The translations under genes and the position numbers were made by a program. The notes under the pieces are model-generated. The model saw nothing but the letters and a program-made list of their open reading frames with translations, searched no databases and was not told where the DNA came from. Below are positions 17,391 through 26,885 of a stretch of DNA of 64,000 nt, piece after piece. Origin of the DNA: a bacterium (lineage in GTDB: Bacteria; UBA8248); the NCBI GenBank assembly GCA_965261085.1, contig OZ253442.1, forward strand, positions 2,688,001-2,752,000, given 5' to 3'. The stretch's first letter is position 1, and every line of letters begins with the position of its first letter.

Positions 17391-20300
17391 ATGAATGTTC
17401 GGATTGACGAGCATCCGGGGTTTCCCCACTTGGAAAAGCTATTGGCGGGCGGCGCCCCTACTCCTGCGGCGAAAGACCTTCTCGGTTTCATCGGAGTCAG
17501 TGACCCGATAGGGGTAACCAGAAATCTGCAGTCCCTTGCTTTGCACCCGACGTTTCCGCGAAACAATTCGAAATTTTTATTGCAGTTGCTCTCCTCTTTG
17601 CGCGATACCTTCGACCCGGAACGCGCCCTGAGTAATTTCGAGCGAATTCTGGCTACTCGCGACAACCCGGATTCACTTCTCAAAACCCTCGCCCGCTCGG
17701 ATGAGCGCAGAGCGGAACTCTTCTCATTGGCGGGCGGGAGTCAGTTTTTGATTGAAACGATTCTGCGACATCCTCATTTTCTCGACTGGCTTTTACGCCC
17801 CGCTACATTGAAAGCCGTTCGCACAAAAGAAAAAATGGTATCCGAGATGTGGCGGTGGGTGCGCGACAGTCAGGATATCCCGAATGGGCCGGCAAACGCC
17901 ATGCGCCGATTTCGCCAGCGAGAATACCTGAGAATCGCGGTGCTGGATTTGCTGCGGCGGGCATCTCTCCAGGAAATCACCTACAACCTTTCCTGTTTGG
18001 CAGATGCCTGCCTGGAGGTGGCCGTTCGAATCGCCCGGGCCGAACTCGAGCGGAAACATGGCAAACCCCGGTACCAGAACGCGAAAGGGCAATGGCGGAA
18101 TACCGAGTTCAGCGTACTCGGGATGGGAAAACTGGGCGGCCTCGAACTCAATTTCAGTTCAGATATAGACGTCGTGTTCATTTATTCCTCGGATGACGGA
18201 CAGACCTCTGGTGCGGCGGATTCAATCACTGGGCGAATCAAAAGACAAATCTCCAACTATGAATTTTCCGCACACATGGCGAGGCGCGTCATATCGCTGA
18301 TGGGAAAAAACACCGAAGAAGGCCATGTGTTTCGAATAGATACGCGCCTGCGCCCCGAGGGATCCCAAGGCGCATTGGCCCATTCGCTCAGGAGTTGTGA
18401 AGTCTATTACGAATCATGGGGAGAGACATGGGAGCGGCAGATGTTGATCAAATCCAGACATTGCGCGGGTTCCGCCGCATTGAGCGATGACTTCATGAAA
18501 ATGATACGTCCTTTCGTGTACCGGCGGACGATGGACATCAGCGTGCTCGAGGAGATCGGCCGCATCAAGGGCCGCATCAACCAAAATCTCAAGGGTGCGG
18601 ACGCCGCGACCCGGAACGTCAAACTCGGTGAGGGCGGCATCCGCGAAATTGAATTCATCACCCAGGCCCTGCAACTCATCTACGGTGGCCGCGAAACGCT
18701 TCTCCAGAACTCGAGCACGTTGCAGGGCCTCTCCATCATCGAGGCGCTCGGCCTCCTGCCCGCCCATGCGTGCGATCAACTCTCGAATGCATACGTGTTC
18801 TTGAGAGACGTAGAGCATCGCGTGCAAGTTACTCACGGGCTTCAGACGCATGAAATTCCGACCGACGAGAAGAGTTTGAACGTGCTGGCGCGCAAGATGG
18901 ACTGCGCGGAAAGCGATGAGTTGAAAACTCGCCTGACGTATCACCAGAACAACGTATCGAAGATATTTGAAAACATGTTCCGTAGCGAAAACGGGGACGT
19001 AGAAACGGAACCGGCGAGCGGCTCGCCGACCCCGGCGCTTACCCTGGGCGATTCACTATCCGCAGAGGATCTGGCTTCATACAGCTTCGTTGATCCCGAA
19101 GGCGTGAGTACGCACCTCAAACTCCTGAGAAACGGCGCATCGCTCGAACACGTCAGCGCCAAGGCGAAGAGGATTTTTGACGAACTCCTCCCCCGCCTGT
19201 TGTATCAAACGCTCGACCTCCCGGAACCGGACAGGGCCATTGCGCACCTCAATAAATTCGTGGAAAAGGGCGGAGGTCGCGAGTCCATCCTTGGGTTCAT
19301 GGCCGAGCAGGAAGAATCGCTGGAAATCATTCTCAAATTATTCGCTTCGAGCAATTACCTCGCAGAGGTTCTGATAGAACAGCCCGGGCTCCTGGAAACA
19401 CTCTTTCATACGAAAACCCTCTCCGAGCCGCGCCCGAAGGAGCTCCTCGCCGAGGAACTCAAAAAAATAACGGTCTCGCAAATCTCGGCGGAAGAAAAAT
19501 TCAATCGCCTGCACCTGCTCAAAAAAAGCGAGGAACTCGCGATAGGAATCAGAAGCATTCTCGGGGCAGCGGACATCCAGGAGACTCTCTCCGCCCTCTC
19601 CCACCTTGCGGAAGCCACTTTGAGGAGTGGATATGAGATCGCCCACGCGAGGATGCTCAAATTATATGGCATACCGATGGAGGCGGAGACGGGCGATAAA
19701 GCTCGATTCACCATCATGGGCCTCGGCAAGATGGGAAGCGAGGAGATGAACTATGGTTCGGATCTGGACCTAATATTCGTCTACAGCGCGGCAGGGAATA
19801 CGAGCGGGCAAATCGACGGAAAACCCGCCGAATACAAATCCGTCTCGAATCATGAATTCTATATCAAAGTCGCCACATACCTGCGCGACGGCCTATCCTC
19901 CTCAGGCTCCCGGGACCGGACCTACGAAATGGACCTGCGCCTACGACCAGAAGGAGCAAAAGGCGCATTGGCCGCACCGATTGATGTCTTTAGGGAATAC
20001 TTTAATAATCGCGCTGAAACATGGGAAAGACAAGCACTTACGAGGTCAAGACATGTCGCGGGCTCGGAGGGGTTCGGCGCGGAATTCATGGAGCTTGTGA
20101 ATGAATTCGTATATGAGCGCGAAGCGCCCCCCGATCTTGTCGAACAGGTTCGCCACATGCGAGGACGCATCGAAAACGAACTCTCCGCTGAGGATGAGGG
20201 AATCGCCGACATTAAACTCGGGCGCGGGGGGATCATCGACATCGAGTTTTTGACGCAGTATCTTCTGATAGAAAACGGAAGAGCGCATCCAGAACTCCGG

Positions 20301-20606
20301 ATTGCGAATACCTACCTTGCATTGCAGGCCCTGAATAAGGCCGGGATGCTTTCGGATGAGGACACCGGTGCATTGCTAGATGGATACCGCTTTTTGCGTC
20401 TCGTCGAGAATCGACTCCGGATCGGCAATGCACAGTCGATCAATATATTCCTGAAAACAAAACATGCCATGAACATGTTGGCGCGACGCATGAATTTCGT
20501 GGATGATATGGACGGAAGCGCCAATGCCAAGTTGTTGGCCTTGTTTGAGAAACACACCGGCCTCGTGAGAGAGGTCTATGAGAAAATCGTAGTCGCGAAC
20601 AAATGA
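17391..20606 (+). CDS. glnE: Bifunctional glutamine synthetase adenylyltransferase/adenylyl-removing enzyme
   Basis: Two nucleotidyltransferase domains: GMGKLGGLELNFSSDID and GLGKMGSEEMNYGSDLD; RLRPEG twice; KLGxGGIxxIEF twice. Confidence 0.95.
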   Translation: MNVRIDEHPGFPHLEKLLAGGAPTPAAKDLLGFIGVSDPIGVTRNLQSLALHPTFPRNNSKFLLQLLSSLRDTFDPERALSNFERILATRDNPDSLLKTLARSDERRAELFSLAGGSQFLIETILRHPHFLDWLLRPATLKAVRTKEKMVSEMWRWVRDSQDIPNGPANAMRRFRQREYLRIAVLDLLRRASLQEITYNLSCLADACLEVAVRIARAELERKHGKPRYQNAKGQWRNTEFSVLGMGKLGGLELNFSSDIDVVFIYSSDDGQTSGAADSITGRIKRQISNYEFSAHMARRVISLMGKNTEEGHVFRIDTRLRPEGSQGALAHSLRSCEVYYESWGETWERQMLIKSRHCAGSAALSDDFMKMIRPFVYRRTMDISVLEEIGRIKGRINQNLKGADAATRNVKLGEGGIREIEFITQALQLIYGGRETLLQNSSTLQGLSIIEALGLLPAHACDQLSNAYVFLRDVEHRVQVTHGLQTHEIPTDEKSLNVLARKMDCAESDELKTRLTYHQNNVSKIFENMFRSENGDVETEPASGSPTPALTLGDSLSAEDLASYSFVDPEGVSTHLKLLRNGASLEHVSAKAKRIFDELLPRLLYQTLDLPEPDRAIAHLNKFVEKGGGRESILGFMAEQEESLEIILKLFASSNYLAEVLIEQPGLLETLFHTKTLSEPRPKELLAEELKKITVSQISAEEKFNRLHLLKKSEELAIGIRSILGAADIQETLSALSHLAEATLRSGYEIAHARMLKLYGIPMEAETGDKARFTIMGLGKMGSEEMNYGSDLDLIFVYSAAGNTSGQIDGKPAEYKSVSNHEFYIKVATYLRDGLSSSGSRDRTYEMDLRLRPEGAKGALAAPIDVFREYFNNRAETWERQALTRSRHVAGSEGFGAEFMELVNEFVYEREAPPDLVEQVRHMRGRIENELSAEDEGIADIKLGRGGIIDIEFLTQYLLIENGRAHPELRIANTYLALQALNKAGMLSDEDTGALLDGYRFLRLVENRLRIGNAQSINIFLKTKHAMNMLARRMNFVDDMDGSANAKLLALFEKHTGLVREVYEKIVVANK

Positions 20607-20681
20607 TTGCCCTGCGGGAGTCCCTGGCCGGGCATCCCCGCGTGCATTTCTTTTAGCACAACCAACGCCAGAGGGCTCGAA

Positions 20682-21905
20682 TTGATAATCAACACTGATC
20701 GTTTTCGCCAATCCATGGAGGAGATGGCCCGTGTCGGAGCGACTAAAGGCGGCGGCGTGCATCGCCTCACACTCACCGACGCCGACAAGCAAGCAAGGGA
20801 TTTGTTCGCCGCGTGGGCTAGCGATACCGGCCTCGACCTGCGGATTGACGAGATGGGAAATATGTTCGCCCGGCGCGCGGGCCGGGATGAGAACGCCCCT
20901 CCCGCCATGGCGGGCAGCCACTTGGACTCCGTGCCGAATGGAGGCCGATTCGATGGTTCATTAGGCGTGTTGGGTGCGCTGGAAGCCGTGAGGACGCTGA
21001 ATGATAGGAACATATCGACGAGACGCCCGATAGAAATCGTGAACTGGACGAATGAAGAAGGGCCCCGCTTTCCGCCTTCCATGCTCGGAAGCGGCGTGTT
21101 CGCGGGCGCGATATCGATCGAGGCCGCATATGAGACGAGGGACTCAGAAGACGTGAGGTTTCTGGATGAGCTGGAGCGCATCGGCTACCGGGGAGATGCG
21201 CCCTGCGTTCCGAGTTCCATCGGCTCATATCTCGAACTCCACATCGAGCAAGGTCCCGCTCTCGTGAACGAGGGAGTGCAAGTTGGGGTCGTAGAGGGAA
21301 TTTTTGGCCTCACGTGGCTTCGCATCACCATGAAGGGAGAGCGCGACCACGCCGGTCCCACGCCGATGCGCATGCGGCGCGACGCCTTGGTGGGCGCTGC
21401 GCGCACCATCGCGGCCATTCGTGAAATCCCTGCGACGTTGCATCCTGAATTCGTGGCCACGGTGGGAGAACTCTCCCTATCGCCCAACGTCATCAACGTC
21501 ATTCCCGACCAAGTAACGTTCTCGGTCGATTTTCGCCACAGAGAGCCGGAACTGCTGGGCAAAGCGAGAAAACTCGTCGAGGAGGCCGCGTTCCGGGAGG
21601 CGGAAAAGGAAAATCTGGAAATCGAGATTCAAGACGTCGGCGGCTCTACCCCCACCGCGTTCGACGCAGATGTGGCGGGGGCGATTCAAGCCGCGTGCGA
21701 GGAGTCGGGCTACAGCCATCGCTCCATGTGGAGCGCCGCCGGACATGACGCACGCTATGCGGCCGACCTCGGGCCCACGGCCATGATTTTTGTGCCCTGC
21801 GTTGCGGGGAAAAGTCATTCCGAAGAAGAAGACATGGACTGGGAGGACGCCTACAGGGGTTGTGACGTCCTGGCGCGCGCATTAATAAAAATGGCGGATT
21901 CTTGA
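20682..21905 (+). CDS. M20 Zn-dependent amidohydrolase (allantoate / N-carbamoyl-amino acid hydrolase family)
   Basis: GSHLDSVPNGGRFDG, NEEG, ELHIEQGP, HAGPTPM, SAAGHDA, GKSH. Confidence 0.92.
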   Translation: MIINTDRFRQSMEEMARVGATKGGGVHRLTLTDADKQARDLFAAWASDTGLDLRIDEMGNMFARRAGRDENAPPAMAGSHLDSVPNGGRFDGSLGVLGALEAVRTLNDRNISTRRPIEIVNWTNEEGPRFPPSMLGSGVFAGAISIEAAYETRDSEDVRFLDELERIGYRGDAPCVPSSIGSYLELHIEQGPALVNEGVQVGVVEGIFGLTWLRITMKGERDHAGPTPMRMRRDALVGAARTIAAIREIPATLHPEFVATVGELSLSPNVINVIPDQVTFSVDFRHREPELLGKARKLVEEAAFREAEKENLEIEIQDVGGSTPTAFDADVAGAIQAACEESGYSHRSMWSAAGHDARYAADLGPTAMIFVPCVAGKSHSEEEDMDWEDAYRGCDVLARALIKMADS

Positions 21906-21944
21906 ACGAAATAATACCAATCAAGTAAGGACGAGGGGAAACGA

Positions 21945-22784
21945 ATGCCTAGAGTGAAATGGGAAAATGGGTCGCGATGCGCCGTGTGTCTGACTTTCGA
22001 CGTGGACGGCGAGACGGTCTGGATGGGCCGGGACCCGTCGCTGGGGAATCGCCCCATCCACAACTCCATGGGTGCCTACGGCCCCAAAGTGGGCATTCCC
22101 CGGATACTCAAGCTCCTCAAGAAATACAGCCTGCCCGGCGCTTTCTACATCCCGAGCTGGACGGTGGAGAAATGGCCGAGAATGACCGAGTCCATCGTGA
22201 AGGCGGGGCATGAAATCGGCCACCACGGCCACATCCACGAAAAGCCCTATCAGATGTGTGACTCCGAGCGCGAAGAAGAACTGCTCGTGCGCGCCCTGGA
22301 TATCCTTAAGCGGGATACGGGACAGGAAATCATAGGCTCGCGCACCCCCTCGGCGGACCCGAGCGTTCACACCATGGGCCTCCTTAAAAAACACGGGCTC
22401 TTGTATCACTCGAACATGATGGACGACGATTGGCCCTATTACCACGACTGCGGCCTGGTGGAGTTGCCCACGAAGTGGAGTCTCGATGATTTCATCTTCT
22501 TCGCCCACAGCACGAATCCCCCGCTCGGCCACGGCATCCGCGACGCGGAATCGGTTTATTCGATATGGGTAGAGGAATTCGAGGGCACTTATGAGGAAGG
22601 CGGATACATCAACATCATGTGCCATCCCCAGGTCATCGGCCAGCACTACCGGATGCGGATGCTCGAAAGGCTGATTCAGCACATTCTCGCGAAAGGAGAC
22701 GCCTGGATCGCGGCGCCCGGAGACGTGGCGAAGTGCTGGGCCGCGCAGAACAAAGCGCCCAAGACGAGAAGAGCGAGGAGATAG
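21945..22784 (+). CDS. Polysaccharide deacetylase (CE4, HpPgdA/PuuE-like)
   Basis: TFDVD, YGPKVGIPR, HEIGHHGHIHE, HPQVIG; no signal peptide. Confidence 0.88.
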   Translation: MPRVKWENGSRCAVCLTFDVDGETVWMGRDPSLGNRPIHNSMGAYGPKVGIPRILKLLKKYSLPGAFYIPSWTVEKWPRMTESIVKAGHEIGHHGHIHEKPYQMCDSEREEELLVRALDILKRDTGQEIIGSRTPSADPSVHTMGLLKKHGLLYHSNMMDDDWPYYHDCGLVELPTKWSLDDFIFFAHSTNPPLGHGIRDAESVYSIWVEEFEGTYEEGGYINIMCHPQVIGQHYRMRMLERLIQHILAKGDAWIAAPGDVAKCWAAQNKAPKTRRARR

Positions 22785-22849
22785 AAATCACGTTCCTCGA
22801 TGCTGCTCGAAGGAAGGAAGTATCAAGAATCCGCGAGAGCGCCTGCTTT

Positions 22850-23287
22850 TCAGAGTATCGGAGAGAGCCAGCCCAGCACGCCGCCGTAAATGGCGTGAGC
22901 AATGAGCGCGGTCTGCCATGCTCTGGGATGCAACTTGCGGCTGAAAAAGCCATGGCCCGTGATGAGCGGATTGAACACGCATTGCGAGAAAATCAAAAGC
23001 GCCCCGCCCCACACTAGCCCGCGAAACACGGGCGGCCCGCAAATATATCCTGCACCCACGGTGGCGTACATTAAGCCGAAAATGATGCCGTTCAGATGCA
23101 CGGCGATGAGGCCGAGGGCATAAGGGGGTTTTCCCTCGTACGCCTCCCCGAACAGGAGCATCGACAAGCCCTTGCCGAAGTCAAGTTTCACCATGCCTAT
23201 CTTGTCCGCGATCAGGGCGAACACGAGATGGGCGTAAGTGGCCAGAAAAGAAGCGGCGCAAATGATGAGAAAATCACCCGGGCTCAT
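22850..23287 (-). CDS. Small 4-TM membrane protein with conserved-looking intramembrane histidines
   Basis: Hydrophobic segments containing HLNGIIFGLMY and HAIYG; ATG at 23287. Confidence 0.7.
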   Translation of the reverse strand: MSPGDFLIICAASFLATYAHLVFALIADKIGMVKLDFGKGLSMLLFGEAYEGKPPYALGLIAVHLNGIIFGLMYATVGAGYICGPPVFRGLVWGGALLIFSQCVFNPLITGHGFFSRKLHPRAWQTALIAHAIYGGVLGWLSPIL

Positions 23288-23345
23288 GAAACCCCTCCCC
23301 GCTTCAGATAATCTCTTCCAAAATCCGGACGCCGGCTCATAACGA

Positions 23346-24527
23346 TTATCCGGTGTACTCCAGGATGTGCATCCCCGCTCCATTGCGGTCGATCAGATAC
23401 AGTAGGCCGTTCTCGTCCATGCCGATGTCGTTCGACTGCGCATAGTCTTTCCCGAAGTTGAGTTCGGGTATGTAGTGCCCGATTTCTTTGGGCTGGAAGG
23501 GGTCTGAAAGATCAACCGCCCTTAAGCCTGAATTGAAATAAGTGAGGAAAATAATGTCTTTCCAGGGGCCATCCGCAGGAACGTATTCCAGAATGTTGTG
23601 CGCGCCGAAGCGGCCGCCCCGGTTCATGTTCTCTTCCCTGTCGGGTATGTAGGTGGAAATGGGAATCGGGTTCGTTTCCTCGCGTATGTCCACCACCCAC
23701 ATGAACTGGCTGTGTTCGTAGTTTTCCTGGGCGCGCGCCTCGTCTGTCACCACAACGTAAGGCCTGTCCCCGAGCGGCCACACGGTGTGCGTGGAGCCGA
23801 TGAAGGGAGGCGACCAGCTGAGGTTCCCCACGCAGGTGATGTCGCGCAGATCCGTGCAATCGAAAATACCCATGCCTGCCCCCCAGAAGCCGCAGTACAT
23901 GCGATTCCCGCGAATGGTGGCGGGCCCGTGGCACGTCCAGGAGCGCTCGAAATCATCCGGCTCCTCGTATTCATAATCGAGACTCAGATCCTGCTGCGGG
24001 AGACCGGCGATGCTGAGCACTTCGGGCTTTAAGGGGTCTTTGATGTCCATCGTCCACATGACCCGGTTTCGCCAGCCATCGGCATGGTTTGGTAAAAATG
24101 CGAGGCCGCGCTCGTTGTCGACGCCGAATCTGTGTGGCCCCGTTCCGGGCAGATCGTAAAAACCCACTTCTTTCGGCTGGGATGGATTGCTGATATCGAA
24201 AATACATACCCCTGCCCTCGCCTTTTCTCCTTCCGGCGTCTTTAAGCGTTCGTGATTCACGTAAAGGAGATCATCCCCCACGATGCGGACTTTGTGGTTG
24301 TGCAGTCCGGGAGGAGCGAACACTTCGGCGATTCGCCTCGGCTTGCTGGGGTCTGATACGTCGTGAACTGTCCAGCCCTCGGGTCCGTCAAAACTCGCCG
24401 TTCCCACGGCCCCGACATAGGCGTATCCGTTTTTCACCTCGACGAGACTCCCGCCTCCCCATGCCGCATCCGGGTCGTGCCCTATTAATTTGAAGTTTCT
24501 GGATTCAGCCGGTGCGCCTTTCGCCAT
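23346..24527 (-). CDS. LVIVD-repeat beta-propeller protein
   Basis: Repeated units VHDVSDPSKP, IFDISNPSQPKEVG, VVDIREETNP, AVDLSDPFQPKEIG; RFGAHN. Confidence 0.85.
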   Translation of the reverse strand: MAKGAPAESRNFKLIGHDPDAAWGGGSLVEVKNGYAYVGAVGTASFDGPEGWTVHDVSDPSKPRRIAEVFAPPGLHNHKVRIVGDDLLYVNHERLKTPEGEKARAGVCIFDISNPSQPKEVGFYDLPGTGPHRFGVDNERGLAFLPNHADGWRNRVMWTMDIKDPLKPEVLSIAGLPQQDLSLDYEYEEPDDFERSWTCHGPATIRGNRMYCGFWGAGMGIFDCTDLRDITCVGNLSWSPPFIGSTHTVWPLGDRPYVVVTDEARAQENYEHSQFMWVVDIREETNPIPISTYIPDREENMNRGGRFGAHNILEYVPADGPWKDIIFLTYFNSGLRAVDLSDPFQPKEIGHYIPELNFGKDYAQSNDIGMDENGLLYLIDRNGAGMHILEYTG

Positions 24528-24569
24528 TGTCCGTCTCCTATGCAGTCGCCATGAAACCAACGATGAATG

Positions 24570-25445
24570 CTATTGGTCTTTCCCCTCATACACCTCCACC
24601 ACGCGCGCGCAATCATCTTCTCTCCAACCTGCGTTTTCGGCACGTCGGAACATATCGAGTCCGGCTTGCGTCATAAACGCATCAAATCCTTTTTCTTTCG
24701 CGAGGTCAACGCAAAGGCCGAGATCTTTCACGTAAATTCCAATGGAACCATGGGGCGTGAAATCGCGCGTGAGGATCTTCTCCCCTTTGATCTCCAGAAG
24801 AGCACCCGCTACCGCTCCCGAGCGCAGGCAATCCATAATCGTATCGTGAGACAGTCCTGAGCGCTCGCCCAGGAGCAAACCTTCGGCCAGCACTGCGACG
24901 CCGGCGTTCGTTATCAGGTTGGTCACCAGCTTCATGGAGCAGCCCGTGCCGTTGGGCCCGGTGTAGAGGACGCTTTTCGCCAGGGGTTCGATGATGGGCT
25001 TGATGCGCTCGAGAATCTCCTTTTTCCCGCCCACCATGTAAGCCAGCGTCCTCGATTCTACGTGCGGCACCGTGCCCGAAACGGGGGCATCGACCATCTC
25101 CACGCCTCTCGCCTCCAGTTTCTTCGCCAAGCCTTCGGACCACGTAGGGTTCATCGTGCTCATCTCGATGAGAATGAGACCTTCCTTGCCCGCGGAGGCG
25201 ATTCCCTCCGGCCCGATGGTATTCATTTCGATGTGCTCGGGCTTTAACAGCATGGTGAAAACCACGTCCGATCGCTCGGCCACCTCCCTTGCGTTCGCGC
25301 AGGGAGTTCCGCCGGCTTCTCTGAGTTGTTCCATGCGCATCTCGTCGACGTCGAAACCACATACCTCATGGCCATCAGCCATGAGATTCCGGGTCAAAGG
25401 AGTTCCCATCTTGCCCAGACCGATGAATCCAAGTTTCTCACCCAT
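24570..25445 (-). CDS. NAD(P)-dependent beta-hydroxyacid dehydrogenase (3-hydroxyisobutyrate / tartronate semialdehyde reductase family)
   Basis: GFIGLGKMG, DAPVSG, catalytic Lys in MKLVTN, KDL. Confidence 0.92.
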   Translation of the reverse strand: MGEKLGFIGLGKMGTPLTRNLMADGHEVCGFDVDEMRMEQLREAGGTPCANAREVAERSDVVFTMLLKPEHIEMNTIGPEGIASAGKEGLILIEMSTMNPTWSEGLAKKLEARGVEMVDAPVSGTVPHVESRTLAYMVGGKKEILERIKPIIEPLAKSVLYTGPNGTGCSMKLVTNLITNAGVAVLAEGLLLGERSGLSHDTIMDCLRSGAVAGALLEIKGEKILTRDFTPHGSIGIYVKDLGLCVDLAKEKGFDAFMTQAGLDMFRRAENAGWREDDCARVVEVYEGKDQ

Positions 25446-25600
25446 TCTCGACCTCGCCTCCTCGCGCGGATAGAGTAAAATACATTTCCCTTAATCGTTT
25501 CACTTCACTCTTGCTAAATGCGTAGAATAGAGCCTGTTGAAGTAGTTGCCGGATAATCGTTTTATGCATTGAATCAAACAATGCGCCAGAGAGGAAACAA

Positions 25601-26677
25601 ATGCCAGCCACTCCCTTGCTTGCCTTGCATCAGGCGGCCAACGCCCACCTCACAGAAGAAGCGGGATGGGAAATCCCCGCGACGTTCGGAGACGCGATAT
25701 CCGAGCATCTCGCATGCCGGGAAAGCGCCATCGTGGTCGATCTCTCCCACAGGGGCCATCTGGGCTTCAGCGGCCCGGACACGGAGGAATTCCTCCACCG
25801 CATGCTTTCGAACCGCGTAAAAGAGCTAAAGCCCGGAGAGGGAGCATACAACACCTTTCTAACGAGACAGGGAAAGTTTATCTCCGATCTGTATATGTAC
25901 AAAGGCGAAGCCTCCGTCGTCGCTTCCGTAGCTCCGGGAATGGCGGATACGCTCGCCGAAGAAATCGACAGATTCATCATCATGGACCAGGTGGAAGTGG
26001 TGAACGAGACGGAAAAATTGTTTTGTATCGGGCTCTTCGGTCCGGCTTCACGGGAAATCATCGCCAAAGCGGGCATGGGTGAGCTTTCGCTCGATGAACA
26101 CGGCCACGCGACGGCTGGCGGTGTAATGATAGCCCGTGAATTTTGGACAGGGGAAGACGGCTATCTGCTCATAGGGCCTCGTGCGGGGGCGGAGGCGACT
26201 TGGGGATCGTTATCAAGTGCGGGAGCGAAGCCGGCGGGCCTTGCCGCCCTTGAATCGCTCACACTGGAGGCCGGGGTGCCGCTCTTCGGAAAGGACATGA
26301 CATCGGCCGTCAACCCCATGCAGGCGAGGCTCGAGGACAAGGCAATTGACTTTGAAAAGGGCTGCTACATCGGTCAGGAAGTCATCGCCAAGATCAAGTA
26401 TCTGGGCCAGGTGAACCGTGGACTTGTAGGGCTCAAAATCAACATAGACGCTGCGCCCGGGCCGGGAGCCGCCGTCTATTCCGACGAGAAAAGCATCGGC
26501 ACCATCAACCGCGCCGCATATTGCCCTACGGTCGGCGCCGTTTTGGCTTTTTCGTATCTGCCCCGCGCCCAGATGGAGCCGGGCACGCATGTGAAGGTGG
26601 ATGTTCAAGGGGGCGATGTGGAGGCAATAGTCGAGAGCCTGCCCTTCTACCGGAAAGAAATTGAAGTCACCAGATAG
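25601..26677 (+). CDS. ygfZ: YgfZ/GcvT-family folate-binding protein
   Basis: KGCYIGQE signature on a GcvT-like fold. Confidence 0.88.
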   Translation: MPATPLLALHQAANAHLTEEAGWEIPATFGDAISEHLACRESAIVVDLSHRGHLGFSGPDTEEFLHRMLSNRVKELKPGEGAYNTFLTRQGKFISDLYMYKGEASVVASVAPGMADTLAEEIDRFIIMDQVEVVNETEKLFCIGLFGPASREIIAKAGMGELSLDEHGHATAGGVMIAREFWTGEDGYLLIGPRAGAEATWGSLSSAGAKPAGLAALESLTLEAGVPLFGKDMTSAVNPMQARLEDKAIDFEKGCYIGQEVIAKIKYLGQVNRGLVGLKINIDAAPGPGAAVYSDEKSIGTINRAAYCPTVGAVLAFSYLPRAQMEPGTHVKVDVQGGDVEAIVESLPFYRKEIEVTR

Positions 26678-26885
26678 ACGTGGGTAATCGATAAAACCCG
26701 AAAGAATTTGTGCGGCGGAGAGGTGAAACCGACCTTGATTTGCTTTTGACTTCTTTCACTCTGCGATGCATATTGCGGCCTTCTTTCTGCGGATTTGCAT
26801 GGAATTCGCCGGAAATTCAAGAGTAGGTTCTGCGTAAGAACGAAACTTTTGTTTAGAAACTTCGTTTCCCGGGAGGAAGCAACAC

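Noticed and set aside
26678-26885. Glycine riboswitch near the GcvT-like gene and pckA (GGAGAG seen)
   Set aside because: No CCGAAG or CUCUCAGG elements, and the GcvT-like gene is YgfZ-type and lies upstream of the site
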